Part shown: positions 12,090 through 24,721 of the stretch, one piece after another
How the letters are laid out: each line of letters begins with the position of its first letter
Position numbering within the stretch: position 1 is the stretch's first letter
Source of the DNA: Octopus sinensis
Lineage: Eukaryota
Assembly: GCF_006345805.1 (NCBI RefSeq)
Contig: NC_043008.1
Span: 66,278,001 to 66,342,000, forward strand
Length of the DNA stretch: 64,000 nucleotides
Reading direction: 5' to 3'
Notes under the pieces: generated by a model
What the model saw: only the letters and a program-made list of their open reading frames with translations
What the model was told of the DNA's origin: nothing
Databases searched by the model: none
Program-made: the position numbers and the translations under genes

Positions 12090-12480
12090 AGTATATAATA
12101 AATACAAACATACATCTGAACTTCCTGGTGCAAACTATAATGCTACTTTGCAATGAAATGCTGGAAGCTATCAGGGCAGTAAGTCTCATAAATAAATGTA
12201 AACAAGAATGAGATCAGTGGTACAGACAGTGGTATGGGAATCATTGCTGATAAGAATGCTGAAATAGCATTCACCAGTATGATATGTGTCAACAACAGAA
12301 TTTTGACTGCAAATTTTGGTGGAAACCCAGCTACAACAGTCATTGTGCATTATGCCCTGGCTGAAAGCTCAAGAGATGCTGAAGAACATTATAGCAAACT
12401 TGCTGATGTAGTTTGCTCAATACCAACACACAACATGATACTCTTGTTTGGAGATTGTAATGTACACATACGAAGAAAAG
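12090..12480 (+). pseudogene. RTE-clade LINE AP-endonuclease fragment
   Basis: ORF 12234-12548: RILTANFGGNPATTVIVHYA...EEHYSKLADVVCSIPTHNMILLFGDCNVH matches the APE RI..F.GNP..T.I..YAP...E.FY..L...GDFN pattern. Confidence 0.75.
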
Positions 12481-12844
12481 ATGGTGCTATTGTAGCTGTT
12501 TACATTTTAAAAAATCTATTAGTTTTTGCCTCAATAAATAATTTTTAAATATTTTCACACTTACTTTATTTGATTTTCCTTTCTAGTATCAGTTTTTATG
12601 TACTTTTGTTGTTTTTTTATTATTTTTATTTTTAAATATAGTTGCCAAGTCTGACATAAGGTTCATATAAATTGACCAAAGTTGAGGCTCCTTTTTTACC
12701 ATTAATTTCTTGTAAAAAAAACCCACTTTAAGTCGAAAATGACTTAAACTCAAAACAACATAAGTTGAGGTATACTTGTGTATATGTGTATGTATGTATA
12801 TATAAATATATATATATTGGGTATGTACTCATACTTACATTAGA

Positions 12845-12959
12845 ATCTCCGAAGAGGCCGTAAGATAATTTTGTTAATGTCTCATTTATACCTGCAATAT
12901 ATGGCTAATATAGGTTAAATGAGACATACCTATCTGCATGGCCGAAACAGCTGTCAGTT
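12845..12959 (+). ncRNA. Type I HHR with long stem II insertion; U4-to-C core variant
   Basis: AUCU-CCGAAGA-GGCC(~80 nt including a 12-bp hairpin)GGCC-GAAA-CAGCUGU-C-AGUU, with palindromic stem III ACAGCUGU and a GUC triplet. A T-rich tail follows and ends at (TA)n near 13148. Confidence 0.8.
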
Positions 12960-13174
12960 ATAATGTATATGTATTTTTATACCTTGTTATATTTATTTAG
13001 TTATATCTCATTATATTGATTGTAATTATTGTGCTGTATTAATGTCTAATCTTAATGCTCTTGTGTAGTATTTTAATAAAGTATATGATTCAGTATTATC
13101 TGATAGTTGATGAATGATTTAGATATATTTCTCCATTTTCTCAATTTGTATATATATATATATATTTATATGCT

Positions 13175-13505
13175 GAGACCCCCTTCGGTCATGACTGACC
13201 ATGGAATTGCACCGAGAAAGTTACCCTCCCAGGCACAAGTCCAGGCAAGGTTGTTTATGAAAGACCAGCAGTCGCCCATGCATACTGGCCTCCCCTCTCC
13301 ATGCCACTAGTGTTATCCAAGGGAAAGGCAAAGGTCGATACAGCTTGGCACCTGTGACATCGCAACTCATTTCTACAGCTGAGTGAACTGGAGCAATGTG
13401 AAATAAAGTGTCTTGCTCAAGAACATAACACACAGCCAGGTCCAGGATTCGAACTCACAACCTCATGATCATAAGCCCAATGCTCTAACCACTGAGCCAT
13501 GGGCC

Positions 13506-13508
<3 letters not shown>
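13175..13508 (-). mobile_element. tRNA-derived SINE, family E (variant 1)
   Basis: Minus-strand head GGCCCATGGCTCAGTGGTTAGAGC...GTGAGTTCGAATCC. A near-identical copy is at 49650-49977. Confidence 0.85.
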
Positions 13509-13552
<44 letters not shown>

Positions 13553-13717
13553 TATATATATATATATGTATATATATATGGGTGGTTGGTGTTAGGAAGG
13601 GCATCCAGCGGTAAAACCATGCCAAAACTGACACAGAAATCTGATGCAGGCTACCTGGCCAGCTCCAGTCAAACCATCCAACCTAGGCCAGTATGGAAGG
13701 TAGACATTAAACAATGA

Positions 13718-13759
<42 letters not shown>

Positions 13760-14129
13760 AACTAGAACACATTGTATAGTGGTTGGCATTAGGAAGAGCA
13801 TCCAGCCATAAAAACCAAGCCAAATCAGACTGTATTCAGGTGCAGCTCTCAGGTTTGTTAGCTCTGGTCAAATTGTGCAACCTATGCCAGCATGGAAAAT
13901 GGACAAAAAATGGATGATGATGATATATGCATACATAAACACACACACAAAAAAAAATTTGCATGCAAACGTGTACTCACAAGCACACACATTAACCAAA
14001 TGTGCTAGCATCCCCCAGAAACTTTGATATCCCTCTTCCATAAGGAATTTCACTGGCAGATGCCAGACTTGCATAATCCCCTAATTTTATTTTATTGCCA
14101 AGAACTCATAGTCCCACTCCTGCACCCCC

Positions 14130-14470
14130 ACCATCACCACAATCACCCCACCCCACCACCACTGCCAGCACGCACAACTGAAACCATTCACACCAGCACC
14201 ACCACAACTACCACCACAACAGCCACTCCTACCACCCCCACTACCACTACCTCCTCTACCACCACCACTATAACTATCATCACCATTGCTACACCATAAT
14301 GACTACAACCACACCTCTTCCACCACCACCACTAACACCACCACTATAACCCCACCACCACCATTCACCACCATAACTCACCACTACCACCAACAACAAC
14401 AAGAATACCATCACCACAACCATCAAGACCAGCATACACACCACCTCCTCTACCACCACCACCACCACCA
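14130..14470. repeat. (ACC)n-rich low-complexity tract
   Basis: Directly visible. Confidence 0.9.
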
Positions 14471-14856
14471 CTACTGCTGCCACTCCAACCCAGTCTGCTT
14501 TAAGGAACTTAGTCAAGATGTGGTGCACTTTTAAAAACAAAGAACCGTAGAAGAAAACTTCTCAACTTCTTCATGACTCACAGCACAGTTACTCAATTAC
14601 ATGCTTATGTCAAGGCACCCTTCTAGTACCTATAGCACACACCCCTTTCTGGAATCAACAACAACAACAACAATAGCATCAAGATACCCTCCTTGTACTT
14701 AGAGCACACACCCCTTTCTAGAAATAACAACAATAAAATCAGCAACGACAACAATATAATAAGCAACAAAAGCAGGGTACACTTGTACTCACAGCATACA
14801 CCCCTATCTAGAAATAACAATTACTGTAATAATAGCAACAGCAGCAGCAACAACAA

Positions 14857-15225
14857 GGGAGGTGCAATGGCCCAGTGGTTAGGGCAGCAGACTCGCGGTT
14901 GGAGGATCGCGGTTTCGATTCCCAGACCGGGCGTTGTGTGTGTTTATTGAGCGAAAACACCTAAAGCTCCACGAGGCTTCGGTAGGAGGTGGTGGCGACC
15001 CCTGTTGTACTCTTTCGCCCCAACTTTCTCTCACTCTTTCTTCCTGTTTCTTGTCCCCGACTTCCTATGCAACCGCTGAGCCTGGATGCACATTCATCCA
15101 TCCTCCGATGCTCTCGGTGTCAGGGGTTGACTTGCTTTCTCTTCTGCAGGTCTTACGAATAGCAAAGGACCACGTTTCAGACTTCTCTCATCTTGCAAGC
15201 TCTGGGATGAAGACCGTTCGCTCAA
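14857..15225 (+). mobile_element. tRNA-derived SINE, family D
   Basis: GGGAGGTGCAATGGCCCAGTGGTTAGGGCAG...GCGGTTTCGATTCCCAGACCGGGCG tRNA-like head. A second copy at 18783-19092 has a different 3' half. Confidence 0.85.
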
Positions 15226-15299
15226 CAGCAACAGCAGCAACAACAACAACAAGAATCATAAGAACTGTATAGAAGAATAACAATATATAATTGCAACTA

Positions 15300-15780
15300 T
15301 TACTACAACAGCCATAACAACAATAATCATAACCATATCTACAAGTATAACAACAGTCTTAACAAAATATTAGAGCACAACAACAGTAATAGTTATATTG
15401 AGAATAGCAAGTATTGCAATAAGAATAAGAACAACAACAGGCAGACAATACAACATCAACCAAAGCAACAACATTCAAACATAACAATAACAATCATAAC
15501 AACAATAGCAAGCATAACAACAAAAATAGCCATAACAACAACAAAGATAACAACGAAAACAAGCATAACAGCCAAAACAACAACAACAGGCATAATAACA
15601 AAAACAAGAATAACAACAACAACAAACATAACAGCAAAAACATAACAACAAATCAAGCATAAAAACAGCCATAACAACAAGCATAACAACAAAAACAAGC
15701 ATAACAACAAAAACAAGCATAACAAAAACAAGTATAACAACAAAAACAAGCGTAACAACAGCCATAACAATGCAAGGAGA
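15300..15780. repeat. (AAC)n/(AACAAGCAT)-rich low-complexity tract
   Basis: Directly visible; it explains the hydrophobic minus-strand ORFs at 15456-15801. Confidence 0.9.
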
Positions 15781-16257
15781 TGCAAACACACTCACACACA
15801 TATACTATATTCTCCTCCACTAGGCCTTGAGGGAAAGTCCTGACACATATCCACTACCATCTCTCCATCTCTATCTTTCTCTGTAAGTCACCTTCTCCCC
15901 TCTTCTCCAACTGTGATATCCTTGTATCTCTTCTAAAGCAAGACATCTATCTCTGTCCCTTTGTTATTCTTTTTAACCTCCCGCCAACTGGGACAAAGCA
16001 ACCTCCCTGAATACTACTCTCTTCAGTTCAGGGAACTGTGTCTTGCCTCGCAAGCTACTTGGTTGACCCTGCTGATGTTGGTGCCATGGAAATAGCAGCC
16101 AGTACAGAATGTAAAGTGGTTGGCATTAGAAAGTGCATCCAGCCATAGAAAGCATGCTAAAACAGATAATAAAATTTGGCATAGCCCTCTGGTTTGCCAG
16201 CTCTCGTCAAACCATCCAACCCATGCCGGCATGGAGAACAGAGGTTAAGGGATGATA

Positions 16258-16640
16258 ATAATAATAATGAAATTATTGTATACAGTGCTCAGGTGCACCA
16301 CAACTTGTCAAAAGTGCGTATAAAGCATACGCAGTAATGTATAAATGTCTGGAGAGTGAACAGTGTATGAGTCAGGTACATGCTCGCGTGTGTATTGAGG
16401 GGAGAAAATCAGGTGTAGTGTTGGCGAATCTCAGGAAGCATGGAAGTTTTGAAGGATGCAGTGCTCCGACAACTAACAACCGATGCCGGCAGTTTGTTCC
16501 ATTCTTCAGCAACTCTTAGTGGGAAAAAATGTTTCCGAAAGTCATGGAAGCTGTGCTGTTTTCTGACTTTGTAAACATCTCTACGGGTGTTAGACAGGTG
16601 GAGTTTGAAAAGGTGCTCAGAGTTATTGTTTGTAAGATGG
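16258..16640 (-). mobile_element. CR1-group LINE 3' end (RT C-terminus, 3' UTR, (ATT)n tail)
   Basis: NTRRDVYKVRKQHSFHDFRKHFFPLRVAEEWNKLPASVVSCRSTASFK matches the CR1 C-terminal TRG..KL.K...R..FF..RV...WN.LP..VV...FK pattern. Confidence 0.82.
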
Positions 16641-17199
16641 TTAATAAGATGATGATGATAATGATGATGATGATGATGACAATGACAACAATGATGACAA
16701 CAACAACGATGGTGATGATATTGATGATGAAACATTGCCAATGTCATATACTTGATGTATGTATTTTGTATATATATATATATATATATGCTTATTAGCT
16801 GCAAGATTTCGTTCTGGGAAATGGTCCTTTAAGATACCAAGTGTTAAAAAGCATTGAATACTTCAAACAAGGTGAAACAAATCATGACATAAGTGAATGA
16901 GAATGGTGGATATAGAAATATAGCAGTTGTTTCAGCTCAATGGCACTGTGTACCAAAGTCACCTAGAAATGAATTCGAATCTCTGGTCCAAGGTATATAT
17001 ATATATATATGCAGACAACATAAAAATCTATCTGCAGAGGTGCAACAACACTGCGCAAGTAAAACAGATGTCAAATAATGATGATGATACACACCCACCC
17101 ATCCCCCCACACACACACACGCACAGCTGTTAGAAACTATTATTGGTTTGAAGTGGTTTGGTGTTTTTAAGATTTTATGTTAAAACACTTAAACCAATA

Positions 17200-18420
17200 A
17201 TCTTTTCTAACAGCTAAACTTGTTAATATCTCACCAACTCCTTCCCCCATCCACCTAAATTGTATACCTTCCTCATAATATAAAATTTTAAAAAAAACAC
17301 TTTTACAGCTTTACACTTTTTCTGTAAACACGTACTCAAAAAGTTATCTAAGTCTCCCTATCTCCAACTAAAATCCCCACTACAGATTTTCTAATATAAC
17401 TACTCAAACCTCCATACACATAAAATGTATATCCGTATGCAAGAAAACTGAAATAACCATTTCCTTTATCTTTTTTTAAATTAAATCATATTATATCTTT
17501 GTTCTCATTTTTATACATGAATATAGACACACCTTCTATATCAGCCCCACTTTAGCATATACCTAGAACAGAATTTAAAGAAATTTTATAAACAAAACCC
17601 AAACTCTACCTCTACAAAATAAGAAGGTTAAAACACCTCTGTACTAATCAAATTGCTTATAAAACAATGGAAACTTAGAGAAAAACAGCAAGACATCTAT
17701 CTCTGTCCCTTTGTTATTCTTTTTAACCTCCCGCCAACTGGGAAAAAGCAACCTCCCTGAATAATACTCTCTTCAGTTCAGGGAACTTTGTCCTGTCTTG
17801 CAAGCTACTTGGTTGACCCTGCTGGTGCTGGTACCATGGAAATAGCAACCTTTACTCAAATGCATACAACCTTTACTCAAATGCATACAACCTTTACTCA
17901 AATGCTTTTGTAAACATCAAAGCACAAGAGAAACAACATTCTATATTAACAAAGCCATGACATGTAAGACTAATAAACCCAACCTTACAAGTGAAAACAG
18001 AAATTATCCTAAATAACAACCACAAGTAAAGAAATGACCAGCCTAAACTTACCTGCATTCTTTAGTGAAAAAGAAGTTGACACACCCAATTACTAAAGGC
18101 TTAAATAATGGACTTTGTGCCGTTGACCTTTATATTGTCAAAGTTAAAAGGATTAAATCCAACAATAGCTAAAGGAACTAAAATACTTTCACACCCTGTG
18201 TCTACCTAACAAATGAGAAACATCCACAAAGTTTTACATATATTGAAAAATTTCAAACAATAACATTAATCCTAAATTTAATCAATTAAAATTTTTCCAA
18301 AACACTTTTCCATAACAACCAACGACAGAAACCTAATTACCACCCCACTCAAACCCACATACCCAAAGACGATTTTAACTCAACACAGAATATATAAAAG
18401 CAAGACTATCACTAATGCAT
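17200..18420 (+). pseudogene. Possible very old Penelope-like RT/GIY-YIG coding remnants, interrupted by a repeat at 17687-17850
   Basis: SPTLAY...KPKLY (17543-17609) resembles PLE RT SP.LA...KP..W.RYIDD. FYINKAMTCKTN (~17939-17974) resembles the TC.T.N motif preceding the GIY-YIG. Heavily disrupted. Confidence 0.35.
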
Positions 18421-18604
18421 CACAGTCCAACTTAGCTGGCTGAAACTTCAAAGTCACTGTCAACAACATTCTTGCTTAAGAATAATAAATCTGTACTCTA
18501 CAAAAGTATAGAGTAACCCATCGTATTAATGTAAAATTGTATTTATTATAAGTGGGCATAAAAACAAACATATATATATATCTAACTAACTATCTATCTA
18601 TCTA

Positions 18605-18644
<40 letters not shown>

Positions 18645-18731
18645 GACTCCAATATATATATACTGGAGTTTGGCCAGCTCCATGTCAAACCAATTCATGC
18701 AAACATGAAAAGTGGATGTTAAACAATGATG

Positions 18732-18782
<51 letters not shown>

Positions 18783-18785
<3 letters not shown>

Positions 18786-19092
18786 AAGCGTGATGGCCTA
18801 GTGGTTAGGGTAACGGACTTGCAGTTGTAGGATCGCGGTTTCGATTCCCAGACCGGGCGTTGTGAGTGCTTATTGAGCGAAAACACCTAAAAGCTCCACG
18901 AGGCTCTGGCAGGGGGTCGTGGCGATCCCTGCTGTACTCTTTCGCTACAACTTTCTCTCACTCTTTCTTCTGTTGGCCTGCTTGCTTAGCCAGCAGGGTG
19001 GCATCATTTGAAGGCTAAAACAATGCAAAGCGCATTGTGACCAGCAATGTGTAGCAACATCTGATAGCCTGGTCGGTCACGGTGATCACGGT
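18783..19092 (+). mobile_element. tRNA-derived SINE, family D (alternative 3' half)
   Basis: Same head as 14857. The 3' part GGCATCATTTGAAGGCTAAAACAATGC...GATAGCCTGGTCGG also occurs in reverse at ~11045-11150. Confidence 0.8.
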
Positions 19093-19114
19093 GATATATA
19101 TATATATATATATA

Positions 19115-19572
19115 TAACTTCATTGGACACTAAACTCTGCTTACGAAGACCTGTTGAGGCAAGTGAAATTGAAATCAAATTCAATGGCTGGCATCTGTGC
19201 TAGCGGAGCGCTAAGAGCACCACCCAAGCGTGATCGTTGCCAGAGCAGCTAACTGGCTTCCATAGTGGTGACACGTAAAAAGTGCCATTCAAGCATGATC
19301 GTTACCAGTGTCCCCCTAATGGCACTTGTGCCGGTGACATGTGAAAAAACATTCGAGAGAGATCGTTGCCAGTGCAGCTGGACTGGCTCCTGTGCTGGTG
19401 GCATGTAAAGAACACCATTTGAGTGTGGCCATTGCCAGTACCGCCTGACTGGCCCTCGTGCCGGTGGCACGTAAAAGCACACACTACACTCTCAGAGTGG
19501 TTAGTGCTAGGAAGGGCATCCAGCTGTAGAAACTCTGCCAGATCAAGATTGGAGCCTGGTGCAGCCATCTGG
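19115..19572 (+). mobile_element. Longer family C element with internal GTGCCGGTGGCAC minisatellite-like units
   Basis: Shares the GGAAGGGCATCCAGCTGTAGAAACTCTGCC core with the other family C copies. Confidence 0.75.
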
Positions 19573-20598
19573 TTCTTGGAGGTTTGGATAATTCACCTTT
19601 GGAAACATGGGTGGTTCATTTAACATCCTTAAACAATCCTTATTCAGGGACCTTTTGAGCAGGATGGGCTACTCGACCAGAACAAAATTCAAACTGGGCG
19701 CCACATGCAAGGTCATGCGCTGTTTATCTTGACATGAGATCACCATGTCATGCACATATGGTTGTGATGTATGTGCCTGGTGTACCCTTATCAGACGGGT
19801 AGTCATGATGGGTATACTGGGCTTCGTATATTTTACCCCAGTGTAACTTTGATGGCATGCACTGCTCTCTCACTCAATAATAATAATGATGAGGAGGAGG
19901 AGGAAGATGATGATAAATATCTTTACCAGCATGACTGCTACAACCACTACACTACTACCAACACCACCACTACTACACCCAGGACAACTACTATCATTAC
20001 CACCACCACCACCAACCACCACCATCACCACCAACCACCACCACTGTCATCACCATAAGTAACAACAATGTCAATGAACTGAAAATCATTTCCAAAAGAA
20101 GTAGAAAGCAGGTCACATGTTAGATTCATCAAACATTATTGATAAAACATTACACATCAACAATAGGATATTGGCAAGGCTGCCTGACATCAACATAACA
20201 ATCAACAACAACAACAAAAATATCAAAGCATGAACTACTATCACTATAGTGTTTATTTCATACAGATAGCAACATATCAATTAAAGACTTAGAAATAATT
20301 AGCCAAAACACAACGACACAGACGATTATAATTTTCCATGCTATTAACTTCGTCTTTCATGTGTATATATTTGCAATATTTAACTCAACACCAAACACAA
20401 GAAGAGGTGGGTGGTTAAGAAGATCACTTCTTAACCATGAGACTTTGGGTTAGCTCCTCCCATTACTTGGCACCCTGGGCAAGTGTTTTCTATTACAGCC
20501 TTCAGTCTATCAAAGCCTTGTGAGTGGATTTGGCAGGTAGAAGCTGAAAGAAGCCCATCATATGCATGTTTGCATGTATGTGTGTGTGTATGTCTGTC

Positions 20599-20639
<41 letters not shown>

Positions 20640-20641
<2 letters not shown>

Positions 20642-21330
20642 TTAATCCAATCATGAAAACACAAAGAGAAAACACAACAATGCAAGTATGTGGAACAAGT
20701 ATAGTGTTATTGGACGCTCAGGAAAAGAAAGAAAGCAAGAGGATTTAACATTTCGAGAGGAGCTTTTCATCAGAAACATAGGAAAAAAAAAGATCCAAGG
20801 AAGGGAAGACGGAGGAAAAAACATCGCCAATGATACACACGCGTTCAAATGACTGTGTAGGTGTAAATAGTGGTGACAAAAGTAGAAAAGTGGAAGTAGA
20901 AGAAGAAAGGTAAAAAGAGAACGAGAAAAAGTGGAAGAGTCACGGACAAATTTTTTTGATTTCCAATCACGATTACAGTGGCGTACTCCAGATGAATGGT
21001 AGCAGTAATCCATAGGTGTGAAAATCCAGGAATTGGTTATCCAAGTCAGTCAGAAGGCCAGGGTCCATGTGAGCGTGGAGTATATAAAGTTAATCCAAAC
21101 AGGAAAACACAAAGAGAAAAAAACAACAACGCAAGGACGTAAGTATACAATATATAGGAAGGATACGACGGTATAATTCCGAGGTAGCTAAATGTTGCTT
21201 AAGTGTCCTAGGAAACAATGGACACACTTGCGTGGGATTTGAATCCAGGGACAAGCAAGACATATTTGATGAGTACTGTAATTTATATCCTCCCTGAAGA
21301 GATTGATGCATAGCCGACCATTATTTATCC
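20640..21330 (-). mobile_element. Penelope-like 3' ends in tandem (~450-bp unit) with decayed minimal HHR at 20744-20776
   Basis: GTTAATCCAA.CA.GAAAACACAAAGAGAAAA occurs at 20641 and ~21089. The minus strand reads UUU-CUGAUGA-AAAGCUCCUCUC-GAAA-UGU-U-AAA. The left end abuts a (TA)/(TG) tract. Confidence 0.65.
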
Positions 21331-22533
21331 TGTTGGACATATTTTGGAGAAGTTTTAGTCAAATGTATCAACCCAAGTACTTAATTTTTAAAAAGCCTGG
21401 TACTCTTTCTAGCAGTCTCTTTTGCTGAACTGCTAAGTTACAGGGATGTAAACATACCAGCAATGATTGTCAAACAGTGGTGGGGGACAAACACAGACAC
21501 AAAGACACACACACACACATAGATATATATATATACACAACAGGCTTCTTTCAGCTTCTGCCTACAAATTCTCTCACATGGCTTTGGCCAATCCAAGGCT
21601 ATAGCAGAAGACACTTGACCAAGGTAACATGAACCATGTGATTGGGAAGCAAGTTTCTTACCACACAGCCACATTATTTTCAAAATTCACTTAAACAAAA
21701 GCAGTTTATTTCTACAAAATTATAGTAATAAAATGGTTAATCACTAGTCACCATCAAATCTCATATTCTTGGATGTGTAATAATCCTTTCTACTTTCTAC
21801 AAGGACTCAAATTTTGGAGGAAGAGGCTAGTTGATTATATTGACCCCAGTATTCAACTGGTGTGTATTTCATTGACCCCAAAAAAAATGAAAGGTAAAGT
21901 CAACTTTGGCAGAATTTGAACTCAGAATGTAAAGTTGGAAGAAATGCTGCTAAGCATTTTGTCTGTTATGCTAATGATTTTGCCAGATTAATACCTTTGG
22001 ATGTGTAATAATAGTTCCAGGTTGGTTTTGAGCTAGGAACCTTTGTTTCTGAATTAAAGATGATAACATTCTTAACGGTAAGATTTATGTTGAAATAAAT
22101 GCCAACATACTTAATGTAGAAGACACAATAACTTTATTTAACAGGGATGATTCTATGGGTATTAAAAAAAGGTAAACATTGTTGAACAATAATTAAATAA
22201 ACCAAAAACAAAAAAGAAAGACAATTGAAAATCAAAATTTATTTTCCTTTTAAATTACTTGACATATCAAAATACCTTTTAATTAAAACTGGAAGTGGAT
22301 GAATGAATTGTTTTCCCAAATCTTTGTTCTAAGCTCTTGAGTTTTAAACAATTTATTGATACAGTGACATCAGTCAGTGATTTTGATTTGAGAATCCCCA
22401 AAACAATATGGCTGACTTCTTTAAACTGGAACCTTTAGTCCTATGCTTTCAGATTCAGAAAACTTAATTAAATCAGTTGTACACAACACCAGCATTGAAC
22501 AATTTTTCTTCTGTTCATTACCATTAACTTTCA

Positions 22534-22579
<46 letters not shown>

Positions 22580-22802
22580 TAGATAAATAGAAAGACAGAT
22601 ATTCTTTCATTAGTTTCAGCCTGAAGCTAGGGCCATATTAGATACACACACAAGCATACATACATATATAAAATACACACACACAGTCACACACACACAC
22701 ACATACATTTAATAATATTATTACATATGTAATAATATATTAATACATATGTATATATATTTATATATACACATATATATATATATATACATATACATAT
22801 AC

Positions 22803-22854
<52 letters not shown>

Positions 22855-24476
22855 ATATATATATATATATATAATACATACATATACAAATAATGCATTC
22901 ATAGATATGTACGTATATACGTGTGTATGTATATTCCACTTCAATATCTCTCTTATTTCCTCCAACACAACTAATGTATATCATATAATGACAAATAACA
23001 AAAAAAAAAAAAAGAAACAAAACACTAGTGAGATGCTAGCATATATCTACATGACCTTTTCTTCGCTAAAATATTTCCTTTTATCTCTCTACTTTCATTA
23101 CAAAATAATACAGCATAATTAAGAAATCTTGAATTATCTCTTATTGATAAGATTCTATCATTTGCAATATCATAATAACATCCACTTTCCCATCCTTGTT
23201 ATGTTAACTGCGTAAATGAAGCAAGGAGGCTAAACTGTTATGGAATGAAGTCATATAATAAGAAATAAAGACAAAACTGAATGTTGATATTTTAGTATTT
23301 TGAATGTATTTAATACGAGGTTTTCAAGTAATTATGTAAGAAATTTCTTACGTAATACCTTCCTCAATCACACTATACTCTGAAATAATTTGACCGTGTA
23401 AGATATTACGTAGGAACTTTCTTACAGAATTACTCAAAACATGTATATTAGATGCTGTTAAAATATCAAAATTAGGTTTTGCTTTTATAATATCATCATC
23501 ATCGTTTAGTGTCCACTTTCCAGGCTGGTATGGGTTAGATGGTTTGACTGAAACTGGTACGCCAGGAAGCAGTACCAGGCTCCAGTCTGATTTTGGCTTA
23601 GTTTCTACAGTGGCATGCCCTTTCTTATGCCAACCACTCCAAAGTGTAGTGGGTACCTTTTTTTGTGTCACCACCATGGGTGCTTTTACATGTCACAGGC
23701 ATGGGTACCATTTATGTGTAGGGCTTCTTTCAATTTCTGTTTACCAAATCTACTCAAGACTTTGGTCAGCCAAAGAATCTGTAGAAGACATCCTCCAAAG
23801 TGCCATGCAGTAGAACTGAATCCTTGACAGCATCAGTAGAAATCTAGCTTCTTAACCACACAACCACATATGTGTCTTAGCCATACCTGTACTTGCAAAG
23901 TAAATCAATGTAGCTATATATGCAACCTTATACTTGAATATAAATAATCTGTAACTGAAATGCAAAATGAAAAGTCCTTTTAATTAATATACCAAGAGTA
24001 TATATTGTATTCTGTCCTAACAAGTTATAATTTGTTTCACTAATAAAAATACAAAAAAACTACAGCTAACTTGTGTGCATAGGTGTGGCTGTGTGGCAAG
24101 CAGTTTGCTTTCCAACCACATGATACCATCTTCAGTCCCATTGTGTGGCACATTGGGCAAGTGTCTTCTACTATAGCCTCATGTCAACCAAAGATTTGCA
24201 AGCAGATTTGGTAAACAGAAACTGAAAGAAGCCCATTGTATATATATATATATATATATATTATGTGAAATAGAAAGATGAATAATCTTGTTGCAGATTA
24301 ATCAAAAGTTTAACCGATACCTTGGTAGCAAAAATCACAGCAGAAGACAGCACGGTTGGAGGTACAACCATATGGTGTTGCAACCGTGCGTTGGTGCGGA
24401 TAATTGAATTTTAATATTATTAGTGAATTGAAGAAATGGAGTTGAACGAAGATTGAACAGAAATCGTTTTATTTCA

Positions 24477-24555
24477 TTCTACACGTGTTTCGAAAGGCAC
24501 AATTACCAAAATCCGATTGAATAATGAGACCATATTGTGTCTTTCTCTTCAGGAA
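24477..24555 (-). ncRNA. Minimal type I HHR, intact core (left arm of palindrome)
   Basis: Reverse complement reads UUC-CUGAAGA-GAAAG...CUUUC-GAAA-CACGUGU-A-GAA. Confidence 0.88.
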
Positions 24556-24641
24556 GAAATAGGAAATCCGTTGGAAAAAACAAAAACAGAACAGAGGCGC
24601 CTCTGTTCTGTTTTTGTTTTTTCCAACGGATTTCCTATTTC

Positions 24642-24721
24642 TTCCTGAAGAGAAAGACACAATATGGTCTCATTATTCAATCGGAATCTGGTAAATTGTG
24701 CCTTTCGAAACACGTGTAGAA
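24642..24721 (+). ncRNA. Minimal type I HHR, intact core (right arm of palindrome)
   Basis: UUC-CUGAAGA(24645-51)-GAAAG-A-CACAAU...AUUGUG-C-CUUUC-GAAA(24707-10)-CACGUGU-A(24718)-GAA, with palindromic stem III ACACGUGU. Confidence 0.88.

Noticed and set aside
14620-14825. Repeat-spacer pattern suggesting a CRISPR array
   Set aside because: The context is eukaryotic, the repeats are degenerate, the spacers are microsatellite and there are no cas genes.
14857-14935. tRNA-like sequences here and at ~13440-13505, ~18783 and ~45208
   Set aside because: They continue into shared SINE bodies and lack a clean acceptor stem, so they are SINE heads rather than tRNA genes.
17125-17215. Imperfect 90-bp inverted repeat
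   Set aside because: It is AT-rich and degenerate, probably an old MITE, and carries no further signal.
19150-19180. CUGUUGA-GGCAAGU-GAAA inside family C
   Set aside because: No stem II, stem III or stem I can be formed.
22021-22077. Possible 57-nt exon (TTCCAG|VGFELGTFVSELKMITFLT|GTAAGA)
   Set aside because: The donor is good, but the polypyrimidine tract is weak, the peptide is unrecognised and there are no partner exons. It needs RNA-seq.
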